Source: Cycas panzhihuaensis (taxonomy: Eukaryota > Plantae > Cycadophyta). From it: DNA of 64,000 nt. Position numbers and translations under genes: made by a program. Under the pieces are notes generated by a model. It was given only the letters and a program-made list of their open reading frames with translations. It was not told the DNA's origin and did no database searches. Where the stretch lies: the NCBI GenBank assembly GCA_023213395.1, contig CM041465.1, forward strand, positions 129,463,741 through 129,527,740. Reading direction: 5' to 3'. Positions 18,223 through 29,120 of this stretch are shown piece by piece; position 1 is the first letter of the stretch; each line of letters opens with the position of its first letter.

Positions 18223-18672
18223 AGTTGAATGGAGAAAAGCTGACAGTTGATGTAATGGACCACCTTGTGACATATACTTGATAGGTTGTTGCCCACTGAT
18301 AGAATGTCCAATTATCTCTTATCCTAGAGAAGGAATTTTGATTGTTGGTTATGCAAGCAAAGCTGCTTGTACAGTAGTTCCTGACACATGTGGCAAAAAG
18401 GTTACTACAAGTTGGAGATAAGAAGCAGCACTGACTCCAGCTGCAGCAATTACATTATTGTATTGACCAATCTTGGCCAGTTGAGAAGGTTGCTGCATCA
18501 AAGAGTTTACACCAAGCTCCTCTGGCATAGCTTGCATAGGAGTTAGAGGAGGAATACTGCCAACTACATACACAGGGCCCTGAACCACAGAAGATGTTGG
18601 TCTAAGTGCTATAAAACATGGATTATAACCCTTAGCATTCAGATTATAACACCGTGTTGAAGTCCATAGTTT
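18223..18672 (-). pseudogene. Antisense P/Q/A/S-rich reading frame in the Copia leader, unknown product
   Basis: 150 codons with only two TAA stops (18349-51 and 18319-21). It includes the 79-aa track ORF. Confidence 0.45.
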
Positions 18673-18717
18673 CTAAAGGTTCTTCTACAATGTTGTATTA
18701 CAATACCAGTGCCAAAA

Positions 18718-21700
18718 ATGGGGACGATGTGGTCTACGGACTATTCCAAAGGTCTTGAGGAGATCGACCAATCTTGATTGCTCTAATCAGACCACGGTTT
18801 TTCTACCTCCGAAATAACATTTTCACGGGTTTAGAGCGGGGAAGTTTATCTGCAAAAATGCTATGTCAGCTATGCTAAAAATATCTCAAATCCTAACCAT
18901 GGATCTGGTTCTAGTCACGTAATAGCAAAGACTGCAGCCTTAGGTACCATATTAAACTCACTTTCACCAGAAATCAATCGCCAGTTTTCTGAAACACACG
19001 ACTTGGCCACTGTTTGGAAAAATTTATAAGAAAAATATGATAAGGTTGATATACATTAAGTGTTTGTCCTAGAACAATAATTGTATGACCTTACTTTTGA
19101 CGATTTTTCCAATGTTGAGGATTTTTTATATAAATTTTAATTAATTAATAAAGATCTAGGAAACTGTATCAAATCCAAAACTAAAGAAGGTGATACTAAA
19201 AAAATAATCACGCATGTTAAAGATGATGATACACTCCTACGTCTTGTAGTAAACAAGTTACCAAAATAATTTAATCTTTACAAAATTGCCAAACAACAAG
19301 CTGACGACCCTCCTATAACATTCAATCAGTTGACAAAACAGTTGATCGAACATCAAACAATGTTAATTTAAATAGGCATATTAAAAGATCCTTCACAGGC
19401 TTTGTTTTCCAAAACTAAGCCACAATTTAAAAACAAACAATAGAATAATTTTCATAGTAATCTAAAATTTCATAAACCTCATAGAGGTTCACAATCCAAT
19501 TCATAAAACAATATTAAGTATTATGGTCCATCCAAACACCAGAATACTTCTAATCAATAGTTTCATAATAGGAACAACGTAACTCCTTCTTAGAACACTA
19601 GTTGTGCCTATTATCATAAAAAATGCCACACTATTGATGTCTGTAGAAGTAGAATAGCTTCGGAAGCATGGAAAGCTTCTAAGGGATTGCAAAATTGACC
19701 TCAATCTCATCCTTAATCATGACCTCAAAATCGACAAACTCATAATCGTTCTTTAGCGGCAACAACTTCTGTCTTTGTTGCCCCTACAAATCAACCACCC
19801 TAATGGATCCTTGACTTTGGTGTATCCCATCACATGATATGACACCAGAAAAATTTAACCACTTATCAATCTGAATCGAACTCTGAAGAAGAGATTTCTT
19901 TTGGAAGTGGTACCCAACTTAAAGTCAAAGGATCAGGTGATGTTACCTTAAAAGATGGTTCAATCAAGGACGTCTTTTACGTACCTGGTTTGTTATCAAA
20001 CCTACTCTCTGTCTATCAAATCTGCTAGAAAGACCTTATTGTCAAATTCTGTAAAAATAAATTTATCATTAAGGAACCATTAAACAAATTTAGACATATT
20101 GCCTCAGGACCTGTTGATCATAACATAGGTCTCTATAGTCTAACAAGTCTACAAAATAACAAAACAAAACACTTCAGCACTTTTATCACCAAAACTAACT
20201 CAGTCAGTAAACTTTGCAATGCATGATTTAGCCATCCAAGTTATGGCAAACTATAATATTTAAAGAAGCATGAAATGATTCATGGTCTTCCACCCTTAAA
20301 CACTGTTTATGGTGTCTGTGAAGCTTGTGTGACAGGTAAATAACACATGGACCCATTCCCACATAAAACACAATTCAAAGCAATTGTTCCACTTGAACTT
20401 ACTCACTCTGACATATGTGGACCTTTTCATGTAACATCATACTCAAATTCTTATTATTTTGTTATATTTATTGATGATTATTCAAGAAAATATTGGGTTT
20501 ACATGCTTAAAACACGTAGTCAAGTATTTGATATTTTTGTTGAATACAAAACGCTAGTTGAAAATTAATCAAATTCAAAAATCAAAATTTTTTCAATCTG
20601 ATAATGCTAAGGAATATTTAAGTGGAAAATTCACTTATTTCTGTAAATCACATGGAATTTGGTTCTAGCATTTTGTTGCATACATATCTCAATAAAACGA
20701 TGCTGCTAAACACAAAAATTATACTCTTGTTGAGATGACTCGTTACATCTTACATGCAAAGAATCTAGATCCAAAATTATGGGTAGAAGTAATTAACTGC
20801 TCTAGCTATTTATTAAATTATTTACCAAGTAAATGTCTACATAATGTTACTCCAAAACAAAAATGGTCTGGAAGAAAACCTTCAGTCAATCATTTATGAA
20901 TCTTTGGAAGTATTACGTGGGCACACATCCCTAAAATACATCTTCATTAGATACAACGAAGAGAGTAAAGCTTATAGACTCCTAGATCTAGTCATACATC
21001 AAATTTCTATTTTACGCGACGTAATATTTGATGAAGAATGATCTTCTTCAACATCTACTTATGTAGAACTTCCCATTGAAATTTTGTTAACCAACACTTA
21101 TTTGGTTAACCCCTATGACAAACAAGTTGATCCAGAAGTTATAGAATCCTTATCAACTCAAGTCCAAAATTGGACTCTATCTGAATCTAATGAAATAGAT
21201 CCTTCCTCTCAAACTAGTTCATAAATCAACCTATACCTTCAAAAACAGTTCCTAACAAGTAACTTATTTGGACAACGAAAATGCTTGATGATGATGGATC
21301 TGATGTAGGTAATCCTACAGATACCAGACGAACATGTGCCCAAAAACTACATGCTAACTTTGCCTTAATGGAAAAAATAATGGACAACAATGATCCCAGA
21401 ACATTTAAACAAGCTAGCAATAATCCTGTATAGTAGGATGCTATGCAAACTAAATTTGATGCCTTAATTAAAAATTCAACTTAAGATCTTGTACCACTTC
21501 CACTTGGGAAAAATGTAGTTGACTATAAATGGGTCTATAGAACAAAATATAACACAACAGGTGCAGTTGAAAAATATAAAGCTCGCCTAGTTACAAAAGG
21601 ATTTTCGCAACTAGATGGTATAGATTATAACAAAACCTTTACTCATGTTGTAAAGATGAACATGATTAAAATAATTATTGCTCTCACAGCTAAATCTAGA

Positions 21701-22920
21701 TGGGAAATCTACTAAATAGATGTCAAGAGTGATTACTTGAATGGTGATCTCAAGGAAGAGATGTACATGACTCAGCCACCTGGATTTATTAAAAATCTTA
21801 ATTTAGTTTGTAAACTTAAGAAATCTATTTATGGTTTAAAACAAGCTCCTCGGGCTTAGTATACTAAAGTAGATGATTATTTAATTCACATTAGATACAC
21901 TAGATGTATTAGTGATCCAAATCTTTATTTCAAACAAGAAAATAAAAATCATACTATTCTAATCCTCTATGTTGATGGCATTATCATTACTAGATTATCA
22001 ACTAATAATATTCATCATTTAAAATCTACTTTAATGAATAAATTTGAAATGACAGATCTTGGTATACTACATTACTTTCTTGATTTACAAATTCATCAAT
22101 ATGACTCAAGAATCATAATATCACAACCTAAATATATCTTAGACTTAATTCAACGATTTAACATGGAAAATGCTAAATCTGTATCTAATCCGTTACAATC
22201 AGGAGTCAAACTATTTACTGATTATTCATCACCTTTATGTGACCCTACATTATATAGACAACTAATTGGTAGTCTTATTTATTTAACTCACACATGCCCT
22301 GACATTTCATATGATGTCGCTTTATGTTCACGTTATATGCAACAGCCACATGAATCTCATTAGAAAGTTGTTAAACGTATCTTACGATATCTAAAGCATA
22401 TCGTTTTTGTATAGTTTAACTTATAATTTTTGTAATAAACCTATAACTTTAACTAGATATACTGATTCAGATTGGGCAGGTGATATAAATGATCAAAAAT
22501 CTACATCATGTTATGTATTTTTTATAAATTCCTCATCTATTACTTGGTCTAGCAAGAAAATACAGGCACTAGCCTTATCAATGACTGAAGTTGAACATCG
22601 CACACTTGTTGAAGCTGGCAAAGAAGCACTTTGGCTCAAATCTCTACTAAATGAAATTAGACTATCTCTAAACTCTTCCATTAAACTTAAAGTTAATAAT
22701 CAAGGTGCAATTGCTATTACTACTAATCCAGTTTCACATTCGAGGACTAAACATATAGAATTACATCAGCATTTTATTCAAAATCTTGCTACTAATAATC
22801 TTGTTTCTTTGTCTTATTATCCAATAGATCTATAGATTGCTGACATACTTACGAAGTCTTTAACTGAAGTAAAGTTTCTAAATCTCCAAGATCTATTATA
22901 GATAAAAGAAGTCTCCATCA
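18718..22920 (+). pseudogene. Copia gag-pol polyprotein, disrupted
   Basis: Domain motifs as for the parent element, with many CAA>TAA, TGG>TAG and CGA>TGA stops and a few frameshifts. Confidence 0.92.
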
Positions 22921-24598
22921 AAGGGGGATCACCATGATGAAGACCTTCTTTTTCTATAGCATAAAAGTTTATATTAAAAGGGGATATTAGGAGTATTAAT
23001 GTAACATTTATGTTCTTTTTAAAGTTTATATTTAAGTCACATGTCTAAATTTATATTTAAGTTATTCTAATGTTTAACTTTAGTGTTTATTAATTATCTT
23101 ATGTGGAAGGTGGTTGAAATGTGGAACTGCATTTCAACAAACCTTTCTTAATATAAATTACTCTCCTAGATTCAAGGAGATGGTTCCAAGAATCTAGGAG
23201 GGTTGTCTAAAAGCCTTTTACAAGGATGATTTGGTGGTTAGGTGGTTTCTATATATGGTTTTATGTTTCTCAATTTTCTTAATAAAATTACAACTTTAAG
23301 AGGTGATTTTTCTTCCCCAGAAGGGGTTTTCCACATATCAATCTGGTGTATATGTGCAGTGTCATGTTGTTGTCTGTATTTTCTTATTATGAGATCCTAT
23401 GATGACATTGTGTATATGCCATTTTCTACAGAAGTAAAAATATTAGTTTTGAGTATGGAGGAAATCTAGATCAAATATGATAAAAAATGAATGTAGTTAT
23501 TAGCCCTAAAAGAGAAGCACATGTTATGGATCCTACTAAGCTTATTTCCCATCCAAATCCTCAAAAAAATGGAAAGTAAAGTGGAGTACTAGAAAAAATA
23601 AGCTAAAGGTAAAGAATCACAAAAGTATGTTATACTTAGGAGGCCTAAAGAAGAACCAAATACCCTTAATAACAAACTAGATTTTGATCCTATATTTGTT
23701 TAAGTTTAAACCATCAAACTTAGTGAATTGCTTGGTGGTATAAGAGGTTTAGAATAGACATCTACTTAAAAATCTATAGATTACAATGTAGATATGACCT
23801 CTTTAAATAATAAAGATGGCATAGACTCGCCTATTAAAATGGATCCAAATACAGATACTATGGCTATCATGATAAGTGCTTAAGTTTCTAAGTAAGAAGG
23901 CTAAATAAACATTGAATATAAATCCACTTCACCTATAAAAAATGGGGGCTTAGATTCACAAGAAATTATTACACATTAAAAATTACCTCTAAATTAAAGG
24001 ATTTAACCTAGGTTAAGATATGTAAATCACGTAGTTAATAGGCCACCTGAAAAATATGATCTTATCAAGGATCTTCTAAGATAACCAACCAAGTTAAGTT
24101 TATATCAACCATGAATCTTTTAAAGTAAAAAGAGAGGCCTATAAAAGAGAAATAAAATAATAATAAATCTATAAATGCAATGAATAAAGGCAATGTTATT
24201 AAGGTGGTAATCCTTCCAATCAAGTCTTGAAATCCTCCATTTAATATCTCTTTAAGTATTCATGATGAATTTGTTCCATATAAATGTAATATAAATGTAG
24301 GGGTAGTATACAATATGGTGCCTATTATAATTAGGAATGCTTTGGGGATAGAATGCATCAAAGTAGAGCAACTCGTAAAAGCTCTAGACTTTAAAATTAT
24401 ATCCACAATCACAAAGATTAAGCATTTAGTAATGATTCTAAGAGTTTATCCAAAAGTAATTAATGTGATCTCAATAAAGATGTTTAATATACCACCCATG
24501 TATAGGATTTTATTAGGTAAAGGTTGGGCCCCTGATACTAGATGCATACACAGTATCAAGATGGACCATATTTCGATCCTTTTAGGGAAGGATTTTAA

Positions 24599-25129
24599 TG
24601 TTGAAATATATGATATTTTCATAAATCTAATATTTAATATACTATTGTGACCCTATACATCCCACATATAAAAGTTTTAATAAATGTGATTAGCATAATT
24701 ATTTATGTACACATCCTATTAGATGATGACAAGGCTTAAGAGATATTATAGGCTATTCATGAGGTGGCATAATCTATAAATATATATACACACCACTTAA
24801 GAAATTGAAGGAGAAAGGATTGACTTAGAGATGTAATTCATTTGATATTATAAAAATGAGTTCCTAACTCTAACCTTCTCCTATAATTTTTTTCACATTG
24901 GGTTTTCTATGTATAAATCAGTTATCTATTGTGGTGATGCTTATTACATGCTTATTAATATATTTTTAATTTATATTCATGATATTGATTAATATATTTA
25001 CTTTACATTACATGAATTATATACATAATCCCCATGATATACTTAATCACTATATATGATTGATATGCTTCTACTACATATGATTAGTATATTCTAACAT
25101 GCTATCAAAGAGAATTAAAAATTTCAATA
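24599..25129 (+). mobile_element. Solo LTR
   Basis: Inverted termini TGTTGAAAT...ATTTCAATA and degenerate TSD TTTAA/TTCAT. Excision restores the frame GKD-FITFLRKER. It is homologous to the reverse complement of 28355-28808. Confidence 0.8.
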
Positions 25130-26257
25130 TTCATCACCTTTCTAAGGAAAGAAAGATGTGCCAATAATATCCAAACTAGGGATGGTGTGATCTCTATATA
25201 CACTTTTGATCTAAACCGATTAGCCACATATACAATATTTTTAGGAATAGAAGATTAGTTACCCACTATAAAAGAAGAGGAATACCTACTAGAATAGGAG
25301 AAACAAAGTAGGGTTTAGACATTGTTATTTAATAAGGCAAAATAAAAAAGTGGAGTCAAGTAAGTATTATTTTTTAGTCTTCAAATGATCAATCATGGCT
25401 ATTTTCTTTTGAGTGGCTTTCACTTATATAAATGATACTATAAAGTATGAAGCTTGGTACTTAGTACTCAAAAAGTAATAAGCATAAAGATGAAGTTTTA
25501 ACAAGACTTAAGAGATTTTAAGCTCATAATGCATCAAGTAAGAAAGCTTTATATAATAAAGAGTGAAAATCTAAAGTATTATTATCAAAGAATTTGGGAT
25601 CTCATTAACAATTTTTATGTTTTCTAAATAAATCATATTCCTAATAAAAATAACTAGTTTATAAATTTTCTAACATTGATTGTTTTATTATCTAAAGATA
25701 ATTTGAGCTAGAAACATCACATTATTAAACTTTTCATGAGACCATCCATTCTAGATAACATTGAACACTGGCAGATAAATAAGGATGATGAGCATATTAT
25801 ACATTTTGTTCAAGAAGTAGAAGAATTTGTAAATATATATATCGTAGAATTAGATGTTGCAGAAAAAGAGAAGATATTTCCTTCATGTGAAGAATTTCAA
25901 GGTGCATTGACTTAAAAATATGAAGATTCTAAGGTCTTTAATCCCAGTATAGATAATAAATAATTTATAAAATTCTTATATTTTAGAAATCTTATTTTAT
26001 GTATAATTTATGTACATAATCTTTCATTTATTTTATTTTCAAATAAATGTAATAATTCAAAATAAGGTTATTCTCAAGTTATCCACTCAAGTTTACTTAG
26101 AGTAAGTAGGCTAGTTGTTATCCCTGCCTAAGTACATTAGATTTTTAAAATTTTATTGAATTTTATTTCATCCATAAGTTCTTTAAATTAAATTGTTATA
26201 ATTCAAGAATTAGGAACAAAATCATATAATATTAAAAACTTTAAATGCTCAAAGGAG

Positions 26258-28824
26258 TATTAGAATTTAGAATTTAAGTTTGATATCCTACTCTAATGTA
26301 GAGAGTATATATGGTGAAAAAAAAAAAAATTGGTAAGGTAAAAAATTATATTAGAAGGGGTTTTTTTTGCCAAGGTCCCCAAACCTTATACATCAAGGGA
26401 CAACCGGCCTAAGAAAGATGACCATGAGAAGCCCATGGCCTAGCTTACTCTAAGATCACTCCATTCACCTCCTTCCTATCACTATTATGTCCAAAAGATT
26501 CTATTCTAGTTAGACTCAGAAGCTCCTCTGAGAAGTTCCTTTTCCATGCCATGTTCCTTTTATTTGCCACTGCCCAATTTGCCAACTAGTCCACCACCTT
26601 GTTTCCTTCCCTATACGTGTGTTCAATCTGAACACTATGTTTGGATCTCAGTACGTCTTGTGCATCCCTAATGAGCTCTCCAGTGCTCCACTCCAGCTCT
26701 GCTTCCCCCTTTAAGCTCTTAATCATAATTAAGGAATCACCTTCAATAATAACTTTATGTTCCTCCATCTCTCCCAGCATGGCTACCGCCTTATACATAG
26801 CCCTCACCTCCTCTCCATGATTTGATCGATAACCATAATATTTAGTAAATGCCCATATCACAGTTCTCGTATGATCCCTGCATAGCCCACCCCCCCCCCC
26901 CCCGCTTCCTCCTTGGGATTACCTTTAGCTATGCCATCAAAATTTATTTTAATCCTTGTTACTTCTAGCGGTGTCCAAGTCGTTTCCCTCTTCTTCTCGT
27001 TCCCATCCCTCGGTCGACATATGCCCCATCCATCTAGGATGCTTTCCTCCCCCCTTAGGGTTCTATCCTCCTTGGAGGGTTTTAACATCTCTAGAATTCC
27101 CTCTAATCATGTTGAACATCTTCTCTTCCTCCATATCCTTTCCTTGGAAAATTCTCCTATTACGCTCCTTCCATATATTCTAGGTCCCTACTAGAAGGAT
27201 TAGCTTCCAAAACCTTCCCAAAGTTTTACTCTTAAATGGAGAAACCCAAGATTTCCATTGGTCCCTCAAAGACAGAGAGGGGACCCAACCTATTCCCATT
27301 CTAGACCAGAAGCTACCCCAAATCCCTCTCGAGTAGGGGCAATGAATACTCAAGTGATCCAGGGACTCAGCCTCCTCCCTGTATAACTCACACTTGTTCA
27401 CCACATAGATACTGTGCTTCAGCAGGTTATCCCTTATTAGGAGCTTATTTTGTAAACATAACCACCAACAGATGGAAACCTTATTATAAGCCCCAATTTC
27501 CAAACCCCTGTCAGCATGTCATTCTTAGTCCATCCTTCTCTCTCTAACAGTGACTTGTATCCATCTTTAACCAAAAAGGATCCTCAAGGTGACAGAGCCT
27601 AAACCAAGGAATCTGGAGGGGCCCTCTTGGGAATATACTATTGATTTAATACATCTTTTACTCTCTAGATCTCCTCCTTGAAGCTATGCAAGTCATCAAA
27701 CATTCTCCACTGCCTATTCTTACCCGCTCCTACCCAATAGTACTTCATTAGTGTGCCATATGTATCCTCACAAACTCTTTATAGGTTAGCAATATTTGGG
27801 ATCCCACCCATCTTTGAGGAGCCACACCATTTGTCTTCCCAAAATCTTATACTTTCACCATCCCCCAATTTCCATCGTAAGTCATTTCTCAGGATCGGTC
27901 GCAAGGACCATATAGCATTCCAAATCGGAGATCCGTAGACCTCACCCACCTCATCCTTCAGGAAATGCTTGCCCTCCAAATATTTTCTGGCTATTATTTC
28001 CTCCCACATGGAGCCTTCCTCTTTAACTAGTCTCCATCTCGCTTTGGCTAGGAGCACTTCATTAAGTAGTCCTAGTCTCCTAACATTTAGCTCGCCCACC
28101 CACTTGGGCTTGCATACCTTCTCCTAAAATGCCAAATGAAATCTATCTTTGTCCTTAGTCCCAGACCAAAGAAAACTCTTCATGATGCCTTCAAGGGCTG
28201 AGATGACCTTGCTTAGCATCTTAAATAAAGATATTTGGTAGACTAGAATACTCTGGAGAGAGGCCACGACTAGTTGAATCTTTCCCGCCCAGCTAAGTAG
28301 CGCCCCTTTCCAACCTGCCAGCTTCCTATTGAACCTCCCCATATATGGTGAAAATATAACATGCATGTATAATGAAGCATTATCTCATGAGGAATATATG
28401 CAAATAAATGAATAAACATGAATATAAAGTAATGAAATAGATCAAATATATAATAACCATTTAATAATTATTCACCACATTAGAGAGAACAAATTTATAT
28501 ATGAAAAATCTACCATAAAACATACCATGGAAGAAGGTTGGAGTTAGGTGCTCCTCTTAGATATCAGAATTAATATAGCTCCGGGTCATAAATCTTTTTC
28601 AAGTTCTCAAGTGGTGTATATATATATTTATATTAATAGTCACCCCATGAGTAGCCTATTATTTCTCTTAAGGCTTCACATCATTTAATAAGATGTTTAT
28701 GTAGATATATGTGTATATCACATTACTCAATATATTTGATTAGTAAAATTTTGAGTGGGTCCACATAATTAATATTAAATATTATATGTATGAATAATCT
28801 ATTCAACATTCAAATATTCTAATA
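26258..28824 (-). mobile_element. Solo LTR (~530 bp net) containing an L1 insertion
   Basis: Termini TATTAGAAT...ATTCTAATA (decayed TG..CA) and perfect TSD AGGAG (26253-57 / 28825-29). Same family as 24599-25129. Confidence 0.85.
26321..28340 (-). mobile_element. 5'-truncated L1-clade LINE (RT C-terminus, zf-RVT, RNase H, 3' UTR)
   Basis: 14-bp TSD ATATATGGTGAAAA (26307-20 / 28341-54). Motifs KLAGWKGALLSWAGKIQLV, GDGESIRFWEDKW, ESLDHLSIHCPYS, KINFDG, IIEGDS and HTYREGNKVVD. Confidence 0.95.
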
Positions 28825-29120
28825 AGGAGAAATTTAGATTATAATCCTTTCTAAAAATAAGAGGTATTAAGGTTACTTGTTAATTCTATCATCTTTTCTA
28901 CTTATCATTTTATAAACTTCTCCAAGATTAGATATTATTATAGAGCTGCAAAGAAGTAAAGTGTAAAATTTATGATGTCAAATAAAACAAACTTTATAAG
29001 GTTCAAGAGCAAGAGTTTCTAAACTTTACTGTGATATTTATTTTCTCTTTACCCATTACTCTCTATAATTTCAATTTAAATTATAAAGTTTCAAGTGATA
29101 TGCAAGCTTATAAAGTATAA

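Larger units (their letters stand above)
17765..23430 (+). mobile_element. Full-length decayed Ty1/copia element
   Basis: 446-bp LTRs at 17765-18210 and 22985-23430, about 33 mismatches by manual count and no indels. Perfect TSD GAAGT, PBS TGGTATCAGAG (18211), PPT AAAAGGGGA. Gag, PR, INT (HSDICGP...FIDDYSRK), RT and RH (YTDSDWAGD, RTKHIE) in copia order. Confidence 0.97.
16980..25955 (+). pseudogene. Decayed Gag-protease-archaeal RNase H polyprotein of the Tat-like element, interrupted by a Copia (17765-23430) and a solo LTR (24599-25129)
   Basis: Gag: AFQLFVYYLEGKVVKWFQSL...RKGSKETITNYVEGFDQI. Protease: PPFNISLSIHD...YNMVP...ILLGKGW. aRH: V*TLLFNKA...KYEA...LRDFKLIMHQV...INHIPNKNN, followed by RPSILDNIEHWQINKDD. 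Confidence 0.8.

Noticed and set aside
25101-25112. TGCTATCAAAG read as a Met PBS after the LTR at 24599
   Set aside because: A better terminus (ATTTCAATA, 25129) with a frame-restoring TSD lies downstream, and the sister solo LTR has TATCAAA at the same internal position.
26913-27194. Antisense or alternate-frame ORFs over LINE and LTR-element coding regions (also 43223-43417, 44704-44979, 55223-55522)
   Set aside because: They are shadows of decayed pol/ORF2 frames with no independent motifs.
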